Positions 63,392 to 64,000 of a stretch of 64,000 nt of DNA are shown here, in pieces. This stretch comes from a virus (lineage: Duplodnaviria; Caudoviricetes), in IMG/VR virus record IMGVR_UViG_3300008255_000137, positions 3,502 to 67,501 of that record, one strand, 5' to 3'. Position 1 is the stretch's first letter; each line of letters opens with the position of its first letter. Made by a program: the position numbers and the translations under genes. The notes under the pieces are model-generated. The model had not been told where the DNA came from and ran no database searches. It worked only from the letters and a program-made list of their open reading frames with translations.

Positions 63392-64000
63392 TTTAATTCC
63401 TCTAAATTATAATCCGGATTTCTCTGCCCCTTACCCTTTCCAATATTATCAACATACCAACCTTCTCCAACAGGGCCAAAGTAATAGGTCCCTAAATTCT
63501 TCTTGACCCAATCTGCGGACTTTCTTTCCGGGGCATCCTTCTGAAGAATACTGTTAATATGCCAATGATGATTGTGATCAGTAAAACAAACCCATCTTTC
63601 TTTAATCCAAGAAATCCTCCATACTGAGGGAAGGTATCTCCAGTGAGCAGAAACAGTCAACTTATAACCATTTCTTTCCTCTTCCACTTCTTCCTTTTTC
63701 CAGTATTCCAAATCAAATCCATTGGATCTTTTACCCAAAGTAATTTGATTGATATCTAAATTATTATCCATCACATAAAAGATTTCATTCAGATCCAATT
63801 TCTCAATCAGGGAGTGGTCATCCACCCAGTAAATAAAATAATCTCCTCTTGCTCTTTTCAGACTTTTGGTAATTGAATAACCCTGACCATTAGCGGGCTC
63901 GGCAATAAGAACATCAATCAATCCGGATTCATCAAATATTTTCAAACACTCAAGGGATTTCTTCTTTTGTAAAACGGCCTCATGAAAAATCCAAAATATC
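63388..64000 (-). CDS. GT2-like glycosyltransferase, 5'-truncated by the window edge (paralog of 62708..63391)
   Basis: Frame stays open to the edge (IFWIFHEAVLQKKKSLECL, aligning with LFHEDVLNKEASKECI); YWVDDH. Confidence 0.8.
   Translation of the reverse strand, partial: IFWIFHEAVLQKKKSLECLKIFDESGLIDVLIAEPANGQGYSITKSLKRARGDYFIYWVDDHSLIEKLDLNEIFYVMDNNLDINQITLGKRSNGFDLEYWKKEEVEEERNGYKLTVSAHWRYLPSVWRISWIKERWVCFTDHNHHWHINSILQKDAPERKSADWVKKNLGTYYFGPVGEGWYVDNIGKGKGQRNPDYNLEELK

Larger units (their letters stand above)
1..64000 (-). mobile_element. Segment of a tailed dsDNA bacteriophage (probable siphovirus) genome
   Basis: Tape measure, tail tube, tail chaperones, head-tail adaptor and M15 endolysin, plus a complete phage-type replisome. 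Genes are co-oriented and densely packed with ATGA/TAATG overlaps. No host housekeeping genes or integrase seen. Confidence 0.95.

Noticed and set aside
63388-63945. ORF-track start at 63945
   Set aside because: It is an internal TTG; the frame continues to the window edge and aligns with the paralog.
51280-64000. Glycan cluster as a flanking host LPS/capsule locus (prophage boundary)
   Set aside because: It has no transporters, polymerase/flippase or att/integrase, it is translationally coupled into phage late genes, and its composition and RBS style match the phage core. This cannot be fully excluded without the upstream flank.
1-64000. Stop-codon reassignment (alternative genetic code)
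   Set aside because: Coding density is high in the standard code and conserved proteins are uninterrupted.
1-64000. tRNA, rRNA, integrase, capsid, portal and terminase genes
   Set aside because: None could be recognised. Head genes probably lie beyond coordinate 64000.

Overview
This is a 64-kb segment of a low-GC tailed dsDNA phage genome, probably a siphovirus (tape measure and tail tube genes, no sheath gene). Essentially every credible gene is on the minus strand, and the window is cut at both ends. In transcription order (high to low coordinate) it contains five modules. (1) A ~12.7-kb, translationally coupled glycan-biosynthesis cluster (about 7 glycosyltransferase-like domains, about 6 SAM methyltransferase domains, a DegT aminotransferase and a kinase-like/methyltransferase fusion) that runs directly into the lysis and virion genes. 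(2) Lysis and accessory genes, including a 929-aa protein with a ~690-residue poly-serine tract and two glycoside-hydrolase-like proteins. (3) Neck and tail genes, with two tail-tip proteins that also carry poly-Ser tracts. (4) A putative early region (SNF2 helicase, Ycf46-like AAA module) whose genes are separated by five long RNA hairpins. (5) A replication and nucleotide-metabolism module: SF2 helicase, primase, an initiator-like protein with a structured leader, DnaB, QueE, a dNTP pyrophosphohydrolase-HAD fusion, two SPL-like radical SAM enzymes, a GNAT-like protein, a beta clamp, a DNA methyltransferase, a UDG-fused PolA with an HNH intein, and a DnaX-like clamp loader. The strongest candidate for an undescribed system is phage-encoded O-glycosylation of poly-serine virion proteins. 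A second candidate is a radical SAM/GNAT/QueE DNA base-modification pathway. All family calls come from motif recognition by eye, not from database searches. Capsid, portal and terminase genes are not in the window.
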